Positions 31,551 through 41,790 of a DNA stretch of 64,000 nt are shown piece after piece. The position numbers and the translations under genes are program-made. The notes under the pieces are model-generated. The model did not search any database. It saw only the letters and a program-made list of their open reading frames with translations, and was not told the origin of the DNA. The first letter of the stretch is position 1, and each line of letters opens with the position of its first letter. Source of the stretch: an uncultured bacterium (GTDB taxonomy: Bacteria > Bacillota_I > Bacilli_A > RFN20 > CAG-826); assembly GCA_949288485.1 (NCBI GenBank), contig CASEKC010000001.1, forward strand, positions 166,241 to 230,240, in the 5' to 3' direction.

Positions 31551-32446
31551 AGTTCTAATTTTCCACTTAAGATATTTTTAAATTTTATTAAAGCAATAAA
31601 TTCAACAATTTGATTTGCAGATAAAGAATTATTATCTTTTAAAGTATAAACTTTTCTTAAGTCAGTTATATCGTAAGGACTTGTGATAATTGTATAAAGT
31701 TCTTTATTTTTTGCTCTATTTCTTAATATTGGTAATAAAATTAAGTCTCTAGTTATTTCATTACGATATTCTTCACCTAATGAATCTAAAACTAAATACT
31801 TTACAGATGAAAACATATAAATATTTTTTTGAAAGATATCTTTGTCATTACTAAAAAATAAATCTTTTAATTCATTAAATCTTTTTGGAACATTAACAAA
31901 AGCAATTCTATCAACATCATTTTTAATTCTTCTTACAAAGAAATTACTTAAAGTAATCGCGCTCATTGTTTTGAAAGTCGAATGAGAACCATGGATATAA
32001 AAATTATGTATACCTTCTAAAGATGATTTTTTTAATTCTTTAGACAAAGTTTCACGAGGAATATCACCAAATTTAAGATTATAGAGATTATTAATATCAA
32101 AATCAGAATAAATAAATCTTTTAGCATATTCCATATAACGATGAAAGGCATCGAATTCACGATTTAATTCGATCATAAAACCATCTTCATCTTTTTTTAA
32201 AAAATACATAAAATACTGATTTTGTTTTTTACAATCTTCATATTTTTTTAATTCTAAATTTTTTAAATAAGATTTATGATATCTATCAAATTTCCCGACA
32301 TTATCTTTAATCTCTTCAATTGTAAAACCATCATCTTTAACCAAGTTTAAGAAATTAACGTCATTTAAAATAGAAGCTAGAGCTTCTTCTCGATATTTAC
32401 TCATTTCGCTTGTTTCTTCTTCTATTTTAAATTTTAATTTTTCCAT
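31547..32446 (-). CDS. dnaI: DnaI-like helicase-loader homolog with degenerate P-loop
   Basis: 299 aa downstream of a DnaB(DnaD-like) gene. An AAA+ region has Walker A HGSHSTFKT in place of GxxGxGKT and Walker B LVLDSLGEE in place of LDDLG. The position matches the B. subtilis dnaB-dnaI arrangement. Confidence 0.45.
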   Translation of the reverse strand: MEKLKFKIEEETSEMSKYREEALASILNDVNFLNLVKDDGFTIEEIKDNVGKFDRYHKSYLKNLELKKYEDCKKQNQYFMYFLKKDEDGFMIELNREFDAFHRYMEYAKRFIYSDFDINNLYNLKFGDIPRETLSKELKKSSLEGIHNFYIHGSHSTFKTMSAITLSNFFVRRIKNDVDRIAFVNVPKRFNELKDLFFSNDKDIFQKNIYMFSSVKYLVLDSLGEEYRNEITRDLILLPILRNRAKNKELYTIITSPYDITDLRKVYTLKDNNSLSANQIVEFIALIKFKNILSGKLEL

Positions 32447-32448
32447 AT

Positions 32449-33684
32449 TTAAATATCAAAATCCTCTTCATCTGAAGGAATTACAACGTTAATATTGTTA
32501 TCATTATAATCAAATAAATTTAATTGTTCTTCCTTTTTCTCTTTTTCTTTTATTGAATCGTTCTTTTCTTTATAAACTTCTTTTATCGTTTTTTCATTAT
32601 ATAAATTTTCTAATAAAGTATAAATATCATTAACACCATTTCTAATTAATGCATCAGAATAAGATTCAATATTATTTTTAAATAATCTATTTTTATCCTT
32701 TTTTAATGCATAATCTAAAATTGCGACAATCATATCACTACTAAAATGATATGTATTAGATAACATCATGATGATATTTTTTTCAAAATTCGATGGTTCT
32801 TTTCCATTTAAAGTTTCTCTTAAAAAATTTAAAGGTGATATTGATTGATAATATTTAATTAATTCATTGTTTGATTTAATCTTTTTTGTTTTATTATTAT
32901 CGATATTATTAAATTTTATTTGAGAAACAGTTGAATTTTTAATTATTTCTTGTTCTAAATCATTATAATTAATAGGATGTTCTTTTTCTAAAAGATTATA
33001 AAAAAATGTAATATAACGAGCCATTTCAAGTTCATTAACTCCATATAAATTAGCTAAATATTCAATTTTTTCTTGATCAGAATCTTTAAGCATTTTTGGA
33101 GTAATTTGAGAATTCTTTTTTAATTCTTTCAAGAAAATTGAAAAAGAAAAATTATTTTCAGAATTATCAGATTTTAAACTAATTCGATAATTATTATTGT
33201 CTTCTTTTTTCATTTCGATATTATAAATATCTAAAAATGAAGCAGATACATTTTCATAATTACTAAGTTCGTATTTAACTTTATATTTTTCAACAATTTT
33301 ATCATACTCTTTTTGATTGTTATCTAGACTTGTTAAAAGTGCACTACATAAATGTTTTTTATTAAAAAATACAGATGGAGGTAATACTGGATTTAATAAA
33401 ATTAAAAAATTGTTATTGTTTTTAAAAGTAGAAATCAATCCAATTCCTTCTAAAATTTGTCGTGCATATAAAAAATCAGTTTTAGAAAGCGATAATAAAC
33501 TTATAAGATTATTTTCGCTAATTTTTTGATTTAACATATTTTTAAAACTAATGTATAGCAAAAAAGCTTTTCCACCAACAATTGGTAAATAATAATCTTT
33601 AAAATATGTTAAATAATCTTCTGGATTACTATCTTCTTTTTCAATGTAATAAATATTATCTTCCATAGTTTCTAAATTATACAT
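32449..33684 (-). CDS. dnaB: replication initiation/membrane attachment protein, DnaB(DnaD-like) family
   Basis: 411 aa, assigned by position upstream of dnaI and a DnaD-like C-terminal region. Sequence similarity is weak. Confidence 0.35.
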   Translation of the reverse strand: MYNLETMEDNIYYIEKEDSNPEDYLTYFKDYYLPIVGGKAFLLYISFKNMLNQKISENNLISLLSLSKTDFLYARQILEGIGLISTFKNNNNFLILLNPVLPPSVFFNKKHLCSALLTSLDNNQKEYDKIVEKYKVKYELSNYENVSASFLDIYNIEMKKEDNNNYRISLKSDNSENNFSFSIFLKELKKNSQITPKMLKDSDQEKIEYLANLYGVNELEMARYITFFYNLLEKEHPINYNDLEQEIIKNSTVSQIKFNNIDNNKTKKIKSNNELIKYYQSISPLNFLRETLNGKEPSNFEKNIIMMLSNTYHFSSDMIVAILDYALKKDKNRLFKNNIESYSDALIRNGVNDIYTLLENLYNEKTIKEVYKEKNDSIKEKEKKEEQLNLFDYNDNNINVVIPSDEEDFDI

Positions 33685-33796
33685 TCATTAACATATTAAT
33701 TTAAGTCAAAAATTAATTAAAAAAATAAAGGTAATTTTTAGTATTTTTTAAGTAAATAATTAGTAAAAATCACTACTTTATTTAAAAAATAAAATA

Positions 33797-33828
33797 TTGA
33801 CTTTTAGCGATTTTTTTGATGTATAAAT
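33797..33828 (+). promoter_or_regulatory. sigma-A-type promoter of pfkA-pyk
   Basis: TTGACT at 33797-33802 followed after 17-19 nt by TGTATAAAT (-10 with a TG extension), about 65 bp upstream of pfkA. Confidence 0.3.
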
Positions 33829-33893
33829 AAATATATTTATTTAAAAATCTTAAAATATTATAATATTGTTGTTTAATTTTAGGAGATTTAAAT

Positions 33894-34856
33894 ATGGTTA
33901 AAAAAATCGGAATCCTAACAAGTGGTGGCGATGCTCCAGGAATGAATGCAACAGTCATTGGAGCAGTTAGAGCAGGTGTATCTTTAAATAAAGATATGTA
34001 TGTTGTCTATGATGGCTACAAGGGTTTAATTAATAATAATTTTAAAAAAGTTGATAAGAATTTCATCCAAGATAAGATGAACACTGGTGGAACTGCTATA
34101 AAAACTGCACGTTTACCAGAATTTAAAGAAGAAAGTGTTAGACAAAAAGCTGTTGAAGCACTTAAAAAAGAAAGTATCGAAGCTTTAATTGTAATCGGTG
34201 GAGATGGTTCTTATATGGGAGCTAAAAAATTAACCGAAATGGGTATTAATTGTGTTGGTCTTCCTGGAACAATTGATAACGATATTGCTTCAAGCGATTA
34301 TACAATTGGTTTTGATACAGCATTAAATACTGTCGTAGATGCAATTGACAACGTAAGAGACACAATGACTTCACATAATAGATGTGGAATTATCGAAATT
34401 ATGGGAAATCATTGTCCAGATTTAACTATTTTTGCTGGTTTAGCAACAAATGCAGAAGAAATTTTTACTTGTGATCATCCATTAACTGATAAAGAAGCTT
34501 TATATAAAAGAATGAACGAGGCTCTTGAAGAAGGAAAAGAATCATTTATTATTCTAGTTGCTGAAAAATTACTTGATGTTAAAGAATTAGAAAAAGATAT
34601 TAATGAAAATACTAATTGGGAAGCAAGAGCTACTGTTTTAGGACATATTCAAAGAGGCGGAAAACCAACCGCTATGGAAAGATTTAATGCCTTTAGAATG
34701 GGAGCTTATGCTGTCGAATTATTAGACCAAGGAATTGGTGGTGTCTGTGTTGGTATTCATGAAAATAAATTAATTTATACAGATATTTATGATGCTTTAA
34801 AACTCGAAAGAGATAAACACATTGATCTTTATAAATTACATGATTTAGTTAAGTAA
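33894..34856 (+). CDS. pfkA: ATP-dependent 6-phosphofructokinase
   Basis: GILTSGGDAPGMNA, IGGDGS and PGTIDND motifs are present. Confidence 0.95.
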   Translation: MVKKIGILTSGGDAPGMNATVIGAVRAGVSLNKDMYVVYDGYKGLINNNFKKVDKNFIQDKMNTGGTAIKTARLPEFKEESVRQKAVEALKKESIEALIVIGGDGSYMGAKKLTEMGINCVGLPGTIDNDIASSDYTIGFDTALNTVVDAIDNVRDTMTSHNRCGIIEIMGNHCPDLTIFAGLATNAEEIFTCDHPLTDKEALYKRMNEALEEGKESFIILVAEKLLDVKELEKDINENTNWEARATVLGHIQRGGKPTAMERFNAFRMGAYAVELLDQGIGGVCVGIHENKLIYTDIYDALKLERDKHIDLYKLHDLVK

Positions 34857-34868
34857 AGGGAGAAATAT

Positions 34869-36329
34869 ATGTTAAAAGAAAACATCACAAAGAAAACAAA
34901 AATTGTTTGTACAATTGGTCCTTCTTCACAAGACATGCCAATGTTAAGAAAATTAATCGAAAATGGAATGAATGTCATGAGACTTAACTTCTCTCATGGC
35001 GCTTATGAAGAACATTTAGGAAAACTTTTAAAAGCTAGAGAATTAGAAAAAGAAGGAATTTATATTCCTGTAATGCTTGATACAAAAGGTCCTGAAATTA
35101 GATGCCATGATATGGAAAATGGCAAAATTGATATTAAAAAAGGTCAAATTACACGTATATCTATGAAGGAAGTTTTAGGAACTCCTGAAAAAATTAGTGT
35201 TAATTTCCCTGGCTTATATGATGATATTAAAATTGGTGCTCATATTAAAATTGATGATGGCAAACTTGATTATTTAGTTACCGGCAAAGATGAAAAAGCT
35301 CACGAAATTATTTGTGAAGCTCTTAATGATCATCCTATTTCTAACCATAAAGGCGTTAATTGTACCGGCGTTAGATTATCAATGAAATTTATTTCAGATA
35401 AAGATGAACAAGATCTTATTTGGGGATGTGAAAACGGCGTTGATTTTATTTCTGCTTCTTTTGTTAGAAATGCAAATGACGTTTTAGCTATTAGAAGTTT
35501 ATTAGCAGCACATAACCATCCAGAAATTAAAATTATTTCTAAAATCGAAAACTGTGAAGCAATGACTTGCTTAGATGAAATTGTTGATGCTTCAGATGCT
35601 ATCATGGTTGCTAGAGGTGATTTAGGTCTTGAAATTCCTGAAGAGGAAGTCCCTATTGTTCAAAGAAATTTAATTAAAAAATGTAGAGAAAGAGGAAAAC
35701 CAGTTATTACTGCAACTCAAATGCTAGATTCTATGTGCCATTCTCCAATTCCTACTAGAGCTGAAGTTGGTGATGTTTCTACAGCTATCTTCGAATCAAC
35801 AGACTGCGTTATGCTTTCAGGAGAATCTGCTAATGGTGAATATCCAGCAGAATCAGTTGCAATGCAAACAAAAATAGCTCGTGTTACTGAAAAAGAATTA
35901 GATTATGAATCTTTAGCAAGACAAGCATATGAAACTTCTAATAAAGATAATAACGATGCTATCGCTAATGCTATTGCTAATACAGCAAAACTTATTGATG
36001 CAAAATTAATTGTTTCATTTACTGAAACCGGAAGATCTTCAAGAAGAATTTCAAAAGCTAGACCTTGTTGTCCAATTCTTTCTATTTCTAATAAACTTAC
36101 TACAGTTAGACAAAATGCATTATATTGGGGTATTTATTCAACATATATCAAATCCAAAAAAATGCCTGACTTTATTGAAGAAATGGAAGTTATTGCTATT
36201 GTTAAAGCTAAGGCTCTCGGTCTTAAACCAGGTGATTATATCTTAATTGGAGGAGGTACTCCTACTGGTGCAGGAAGGACAAACTTTATGAGAATTGTTC
36301 AACTTCCTGAAGATAGAGATATTTTATAA
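34869..36329 (+). CDS. pyk: pyruvate kinase
   Basis: KIVCTIGP, MVARGDLG and other PK motifs are present. It is co-oriented immediately after pfkA, the classic pfkA-pyk operon. Confidence 0.95.
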   Translation: MLKENITKKTKIVCTIGPSSQDMPMLRKLIENGMNVMRLNFSHGAYEEHLGKLLKARELEKEGIYIPVMLDTKGPEIRCHDMENGKIDIKKGQITRISMKEVLGTPEKISVNFPGLYDDIKIGAHIKIDDGKLDYLVTGKDEKAHEIICEALNDHPISNHKGVNCTGVRLSMKFISDKDEQDLIWGCENGVDFISASFVRNANDVLAIRSLLAAHNHPEIKIISKIENCEAMTCLDEIVDASDAIMVARGDLGLEIPEEEVPIVQRNLIKKCRERGKPVITATQMLDSMCHSPIPTRAEVGDVSTAIFESTDCVMLSGESANGEYPAESVAMQTKIARVTEKELDYESLARQAYETSNKDNNDAIANAIANTAKLIDAKLIVSFTETGRSSRRISKARPCCPILSISNKLTTVRQNALYWGIYSTYIKSKKMPDFIEEMEVIAIVKAKALGLKPGDYILIGGGTPTGAGRTNFMRIVQLPEDRDIL

Positions 36330-36359
36330 ACAAATATATTGCAAAAATATATAAAAATA

Positions 36360-36633
36360 CTAAAATATTCTTGCGTTGAAAAAGACATGTTTATTATTAA
36401 CCTTTTAAAAGAGATTAAAAACATTTGCTGAAAGTTTTTATTAAAAGAGATAATAAATACCACTTTGGAGCAATTAGGGTAACCTAACGTTTAATTCTTT
36501 AATCGAAAAAAAGAAACTATGAGTGATAAATATTTTAAATAAATTAATATTTATAACTAAGGTGGTACCGCGAAATAAGTCATTCGTCCTTAGAAAAACA
36601 ATTTTATATTGTGTTTCTAAGGACTTTTATTTT
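36360..36633 (+). promoter_or_regulatory. T-box riboswitch leader of thrS
   Basis: The T-box sequence AACTAAGGTGGTACCGCG is at 36553-36572. A terminator hairpin GTCCTTAGAAA…TTTCTAAGGAC plus TTTTATTTT follows at 36585-36633. Confidence 0.65.
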
Positions 36634-36646
36634 AAAGGAGAAAAAT

Positions 36647-38569
36647 ATGTTATTAAAATTATTGGATGGATCAACTATTGAAGTTGAAAATGGTTCAAAT
36701 GGACATGATGTTGCTTCAAAAATTTCAACTTCGTTAGCTAAAAACGCTCTCGCTTATAAACTTAATAGTAAACTTTTTGATTTATATCAAGTTATACCTT
36801 CTGAAGGTGATTTTGAAATTATCACTTCTAAATCAAAAGAAGCATTTGAAATTTTAAACCATTCTACTGCTCATCTTTTAGCTCAAGCAGTTCTTTCATT
36901 ATTTAAAGATGCTAAACTTGGTATTGGTCCAGCTATTGAAGATGGTTTTTATTACGATATTGATTTTGGAAGTTACGTTTTAAAAGAAGAAGATTTAGCA
37001 AAAATTGAAGCTAAAATGAAAGAATTATCAAAAGAAAATTCTTATATTGTTCGTAAAGAAGTTTCTAAAGAAGAAGCTTTAGAAATGTTTAAAGATAACC
37101 CATATAAAGTAGAATTAATTAATGAATTAGAAGGAACAATTTCTACATATACTCAAAAGGATTTTGTTGATCTTTGTATGGGACCACACCTTCCTTCAAC
37201 AGGTTTTATTAAACATTTCAAACTTGAAACTATTGCCGGAGCTTATTGGAGAGGAGATTCTAAAAATAAACAATTAACAAGAATTTATGGAATTTCTTGC
37301 TTCTCAAAAGAAGAGTTAGAACATATTGAACACGTTAAAGAAGAAGCAAAAAAGAGAGACCATAGAAAACTTGGAAAAGAATTAGGATTATTTATGATTT
37401 CAGAATATGGTCCAGGTTTCCCATTCTTTTTACCAAACGGATTAATTTTAAGAAGAGAAATTGAAAACTGGTGGTATGAAATCCATCATAAACATGGTTA
37501 TAAATTGATCACTACTCCTGTCATTCTTTCTAAAGAATTATGGTTAACTTCAGGTCACTGGGATCATTATAAACAAAATATGTATACTACTAAAGTTGAT
37601 GAAAGAGATTTTGCAATTAAACCAATGAATTGTCCTGGTGCTTTAGTTGTTTATAATAGTGAACTTCATTCTTATAAAGATTTACCACTTCGTTTAGGTG
37701 AACTTGGTCTTGTTCATAGACATGAAGCAAGCGGTGCTTTAAATGGATTATTTAGAGTTAGATGTTTCACTCAAGATGATGCTCATATTTTCTGTACAAG
37801 AGATCAACTTCAAGGTGAAATTGAAAACTTATTAAAATTATATGATGAAATTTATTCAACATTTGGATTAGATTATTCAATTGTTTTATCAACAAAACCT
37901 GAAAGCGATTATATTGGTGATGATGCAATTTGGGAACAAAGTGAAAAAATCTTACATGATGCATGTGTAGCAACTAATAAAGAATTAACAATCAATCCAG
38001 GCGATGGTGCATTCTATGGACCAAAACTTGATTTCAAATTAAAAGATTGTATGGGTAGAATTTGGCAATGTGGAACTATTCAACTTGATATGAATTTACC
38101 TGAAAGATTTGATTGCAATTATATTAATGCTAATGGCGAAAAAGAAAGACCAGTTATGCTTCATAGAGCTATTTTAGGTTCATTTGAAAGATTTATTGGT
38201 ATTATAACAGAACATTTCGGTGGTGCTTTCCCACTTTGGATTTCACCAAATCAAATCAACATCCTTCCAGTTAACAACAATTTCCATTTAGATTATGCTA
38301 AAAAATTAAAAGAAAGATTAGAAAACGAAGGATTTAGAGTTACATTAGATGCATGTGAAGAAAAACTTGGTTATAGAATGAGAAATTCTATTATTAAGAA
38401 AACTCCTTACACATTAGTTATTGGTGATAAAGAAAAAGAAAATAATTCCGTTACATATCGTAAATTTGGTGATGAAAAACAAATTCCAATTTCTATTGAT
38501 GAATTTATAGCTAAAATTCATAAAGAAATTGACAATAAAGAATTCTTAGTTGATCCTAAATCAATATAA
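36647..38569 (+). CDS. thrS: threonine--tRNA ligase (start moved to MLLKLLDG)
   Basis: A TGS domain and a class II core (RVRCFTQDDAHIF, the HRAILGS motif) are present. The track start is a GTG at 36611 inside the T-box terminator. The ATG at 36647 is preceded by an AAAGGAG RBS. Confidence 0.95.
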   Translation: MLLKLLDGSTIEVENGSNGHDVASKISTSLAKNALAYKLNSKLFDLYQVIPSEGDFEIITSKSKEAFEILNHSTAHLLAQAVLSLFKDAKLGIGPAIEDGFYYDIDFGSYVLKEEDLAKIEAKMKELSKENSYIVRKEVSKEEALEMFKDNPYKVELINELEGTISTYTQKDFVDLCMGPHLPSTGFIKHFKLETIAGAYWRGDSKNKQLTRIYGISCFSKEELEHIEHVKEEAKKRDHRKLGKELGLFMISEYGPGFPFFLPNGLILRREIENWWYEIHHKHGYKLITTPVILSKELWLTSGHWDHYKQNMYTTKVDERDFAIKPMNCPGALVVYNSELHSYKDLPLRLGELGLVHRHEASGALNGLFRVRCFTQDDAHIFCTRDQLQGEIENLLKLYDEIYSTFGLDYSIVLSTKPESDYIGDDAIWEQSEKILHDACVATNKELTINPGDGAFYGPKLDFKLKDCMGRIWQCGTIQLDMNLPERFDCNYINANGEKERPVMLHRAILGSFERFIGIITEHFGGAFPLWISPNQINILPVNNNFHLDYAKKLKERLENEGFRVTLDACEEKLGYRMRNSIIKKTPYTLVIGDKEKENNSVTYRKFGDEKQIPISIDEFIAKIHKEIDNKEFLVDPKSI

Positions 38570-38576
38570 TTAATAT

Positions 38577-38611
38577 TAAAGATTCACCATATTACCGGTG
38601 AATCTTTTTTA
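38577..38611 (+). terminator. thrS terminator
   Basis: aaaGATTCACCatattaccGGTGAATCtttttt. Confidence 0.6.
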
Positions 38612-38615
38612 AAAA

Positions 38616-39110
38616 ATGAAAAAAAATATGAAAAAATTAACTACTAATGTTACTAAAATACTTGATCATCATAAAATTAATTATGAAATTTTTGAATACG
38701 ATTCAAAAACAAGATTAAGTGGACATGAAATTGCTTCGATATTAAACGAAGATCCTTTAACTTGTTATAAAACTTTACTTGTAAGAACTTCTAAATCTCC
38801 TTTTAAATATTACATTTTTGTTATTGAAGTCAATAAAGAATTAGATTTAAAGAAATGTGCTAAACTTAAAAAAGAAAAGGCTTTAGAGATGGCTCATGAA
38901 AAAGAAATGAAACCAATTACAGGTTATGTTCATGGAGGTTGCTCGATGGTAGGGTTATTAAAACCAAATCTAAATATAACTGTAAATAATACTTTTTTTG
39001 AACATGATTTTATTTATATGAGCGCAGGTGAAGTTGGTAAACAAGTTAAATTAAATCCAAAAGATTTAAATAGTTTTTTAAAAATAGATGTTGGAGATAT
39101 AGAACGCTAA
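38616..39110 (+). CDS. ybaK: Cys-tRNA(Pro)/Cys-tRNA(Cys) deacylase YbaK
   Basis: 164 aa with a YbaK/ProX editing-domain pattern (HxxxY…KTLLV…GxxxGxxxP-like core). Confidence 0.7.
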   Translation: MKKNMKKLTTNVTKILDHHKINYEIFEYDSKTRLSGHEIASILNEDPLTCYKTLLVRTSKSPFKYYIFVIEVNKELDLKKCAKLKKEKALEMAHEKEMKPITGYVHGGCSMVGLLKPNLNITVNNTFFEHDFIYMSAGEVGKQVKLNPKDLNSFLKIDVGDIER

Positions 39111-39280
39111 TTTTTTATCCTATATATAATATAAGAAAGGGATCACCCCCCTTCTTCCCTTTTCGCAAAGCAAGAATGTATTTAGAACAAAAAAATATCT
39201 CATTTTTTTGAAATATTATTGAAAAAATAAGATTTAAACGCACCCGTCTGACACTATTTAATTGTTAATTTAATCATAAT

Positions 39281-39312
39281 AAAAAAACGGATTTACGAAA
39301 TCCGTTTTTTAT
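39281..39312. terminator. bidirectional terminator
   Basis: aaaaaaACGGATTTacgAAATCCGTtttttatt, between convergent ybaK and cvpA. Confidence 0.6.
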
Positions 39313-39315
39313 TAT

Positions 39316-39873
39316 TTATAAAGCTTCTTGAATTTTTCCAACACTTCCAAGGGCAAAATCTAAGATCATTCTTGAAAGAGTCATTTTATTTTCACTATAA
39401 CCAAATGAAGTATAAATAAATTCTCCAAGAGCATTATTATCACCTAAATTTCCTAATGCATTTAAAATCAATAAATAAATTGAAGAAATTAAAAAACCAA
39501 TAAATAATCCTAATATCGCACCTAAAGCATGATTAATTGTGTTTCTAATTGGACCACCTTTTAAGAAGAAATTAGAAATCGGAGTTACAAACGCAAGAAT
39601 TAATGCTAATGAAATTACAAATAAAAGAACGTATGTAGAAACTAAAATAATTATTCCTCCAGCTTCAAATTCATTTATCCATTCTTTAACTGCATCAATA
39701 CCACAAATCGCATTAGCAATAGCTGCACTAAAAAAGTAAGTAATTGCTAAAGCTCCAATAACTGATAAAAATTTAATGAAACGATTAGCAAATCCAACTA
39801 TTGCTCCACCAATTAAAAAAAGACCTAAAATAACTAAAATAATAATATCATGGTTAGAAAATACAAATTCCAT
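39316..39873 (-). CDS. cvpA: CvpA-family membrane protein
   Basis: 185 aa with 4 TM segments and the CvpA-like N-terminal pattern (IILVILGLFLIGGAIVGFANRFIKFLS). Confidence 0.6.
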   Translation of the reverse strand: MEFVFSNHDIIILVILGLFLIGGAIVGFANRFIKFLSVIGALAITYFFSAAIANAICGIDAVKEWINEFEAGGIIILVSTYVLLFVISLALILAFVTPISNFFLKGGPIRNTINHALGAILGLFIGFLISSIYLLILNALGNLGDNNALGEFIYTSFGYSENKMTLSRMILDFALGSVGKIQEAL

Positions 39874-39954
39874 CTTTTACTCCTTTCACTTTCAATTAAT
39901 ATTATAAATATAAAAACGAATAATGTTATAAAATTATTGGAAATTTTTCTAATA

Positions 39955-39982
39955 AAAAGAGGCTTTTATAAGCCTCTCTTTG
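39955..39982 (-). terminator. gpmA terminator
   Basis: aaaagaGGCTTttatAAGCCtctcttt, directly after the gpmA stop. Confidence 0.5.
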
Positions 39983-40004
39983 TAGTTCTAAAAATTAAAT
40001 TTTA

Positions 40005-40760
40005 TTATTTTGCTTTACCTTGATTTTTAACAGCATCCATAGCTGCTTTAATTTTTTCTTGGTCGCCTAAATATCTTTTATTTAAAACATTGAAATGTTC
40101 GTCAAATTCATAAACAAGTGGGACACCTGTAGGAATATTTAATCCAACGATTTCATCATCACTAATATTTTCAAGATATTTAACTAAAGCTCTTAAAGAA
40201 TTACCATGAGCAGCAATAATTACTTTTTTACCACTAACAATTGCTGGTTTGATTTCACATTCCCAATAAGGTAAAACTCTAGTGACAGTGTCTTTTAAAC
40301 ATTCTGTTAATGGGCAATCTTGAACACCGACATCAGCATATTGTTTTTGATTAGCTGGATTACGGTCATCATCAAGAGTTAATGCTGGAGGTTGAACATC
40401 ATAACTTCTTCTCCAAATTTTAACTTGTTCTTCGCCATATTTTTCAGCTGTTTCACTTTTATTTAAACCTTGTAAAGCACCATAATGTCTTTCATTTAAT
40501 CTCCAAGATTTATAAACAGGAATATATTCTTCACCCATTTCTTCTAAAACATGGTTTAAGGTATGAATTGCTCTTTTTAAATATGAAGTATAAGCACAAT
40601 CGAAATGGAATCCTTCTTCTTTTAATAATCTTCCACCATTTTTAGCTTCTTCAACACCTTTTTCAGATAATTCGACATCAGTCCATCCAGTGAAAAGATT
40701 TAATTTATTCCATTCACTTTCACCATGTCTAATTAATACTAATTGATAAGTTTTTGCCAT
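40005..40760 (-). CDS. gpmA: 2,3-bisphosphoglycerate-dependent phosphoglycerate mutase
   Basis: An N-terminal [10 protein letters not shown] catalytic His motif is present, at 251 aa. Confidence 0.95.
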   Translation of the reverse strand: MAKTYQLVLIRHGESEWNKLNLFTGWTDVELSEKGVEEAKNGGRLLKEEGFHFDCAYTSYLKRAIHTLNHVLEEMGEEYIPVYKSWRLNERHYGALQGLNKSETAEKYGEEQVKIWRRSYDVQPPALTLDDDRNPANQKQYADVGVQDCPLTECLKDTVTRVLPYWECEIKPAIVSGKKVIIAAHGNSLRALVKYLENISDDEIVGLNIPTGVPLVYEFDEHFNVLNKRYLGDQEKIKAAMDAVKNQGKAK

Positions 40761-40890
40761 TTTAATTTCTCCTTATTAATATTAAAAATTAACAAAAATA
40801 TTTTACTATTTTTAATCTCTATTTTAAATAAATAAGTAAAGTATTTTTTAAATATTTATAAAAGAAAAATCGATATCTTACGATATCAAT

Positions 40891-41787
40891 TTATCTATTT
40901 TTTTTATTTTTCTTATCTAAAGTATGAATAATTTCATAAACAGTTTTAAGTGCTAACCAAGAAGTAATATTATTTACATCTAAAGGTGGAGCTACTTCAA
41001 CTATTTCTAAACTAGTGACATTGCTTGTTGAAATAAGTCCAGTTATTAAATTTAAAATATCGATTGATTGAAGTCCAAATGCTTCTGGAGTTCCCGTTCC
41101 TGGAGCAAAGGATGGATCATTAGCGTCAATGTCATAAGAAATATGAATTTCATATTTTGGATCTTTATATTTAGAAGTTAAAAGTAATAATAAAGGTTCA
41201 ATGCCTAATTTATTAACATCAACTGCTTTATAAACATCTAAAAGTGGGTGTTTTTTAAATATTTCAATTTCTTGAGCTTCAAACCCACGAACTCCAATTA
41301 AAGTAACGTTATAATCTTTATATCCTAAATCAAGAGCTCTTTTAATTGGGCAAGCATGAGAATAAATAGAACCATGATAACTATCGCAAATATCAGGATG
41401 AGCATCAATATGAATAATAACAGGTTCTTTTCCTCTTTTTAAACAATCGTTATAAAAAGCTTTTTCACTAGCTATAGCAATTGAATGATCACCACCAAAA
41501 ATAAGGTGGAATTTATCATTATATGAATAAAATTCTTCTTCCATTTTTTTAGCTAAAGAGGTAAAAGTTTCATCAGCTTCATAATCTCCTAAATCAAAAA
41601 TTTTTGATTTTAAAAGATTACCTTTCATATCTAAAGCAGGTAAATCATAAGATAATTCTCTTAATACTTGAGGAGCTAAAGATGCTCCTTTACCCACACT
41701 AGCATTTTTATCAAAAGGTACACCAACTAATAAAATATCACTGGATTCGATATTTTCGGCTAATAAATCTCTAAATTCTTCTTTCAT
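40891..41787 (-). CDS. arginase/agmatinase/formiminoglutamase-family ureohydrolase
   Basis: Mn-binding motifs GGDHS, DAHPD and SYDIDANDP are present. Confidence 0.7.
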   Translation of the reverse strand: MKEEFRDLLAENIESSDILLVGVPFDKNASVGKGASLAPQVLRELSYDLPALDMKGNLLKSKIFDLGDYEADETFTSLAKKMEEEFYSYNDKFHLIFGGDHSIAIASEKAFYNDCLKRGKEPVIIHIDAHPDICDSYHGSIYSHACPIKRALDLGYKDYNVTLIGVRGFEAQEIEIFKKHPLLDVYKAVDVNKLGIEPLLLLLTSKYKDPKYEIHISYDIDANDPSFAPGTGTPEAFGLQSIDILNLITGLISTSNVTSLEIVEVAPPLDVNNITSWLALKTVYEIIHTLDKKNKKNR

Positions 41788-41790
41788 AAA

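Noticed and set aside
35330-36246. Two small ORFs (35330-35605 on the minus strand, 36010-36246 on the plus strand) within pyk
   Set aside because: They are embedded in the pyruvate kinase coding region in alternative frames, with no RBS or conservation signal.
37767-37973. A 68-aa His/Leu-rich antisense ORF in thrS
   Set aside because: It is the antisense reading of a conserved aaRS region.
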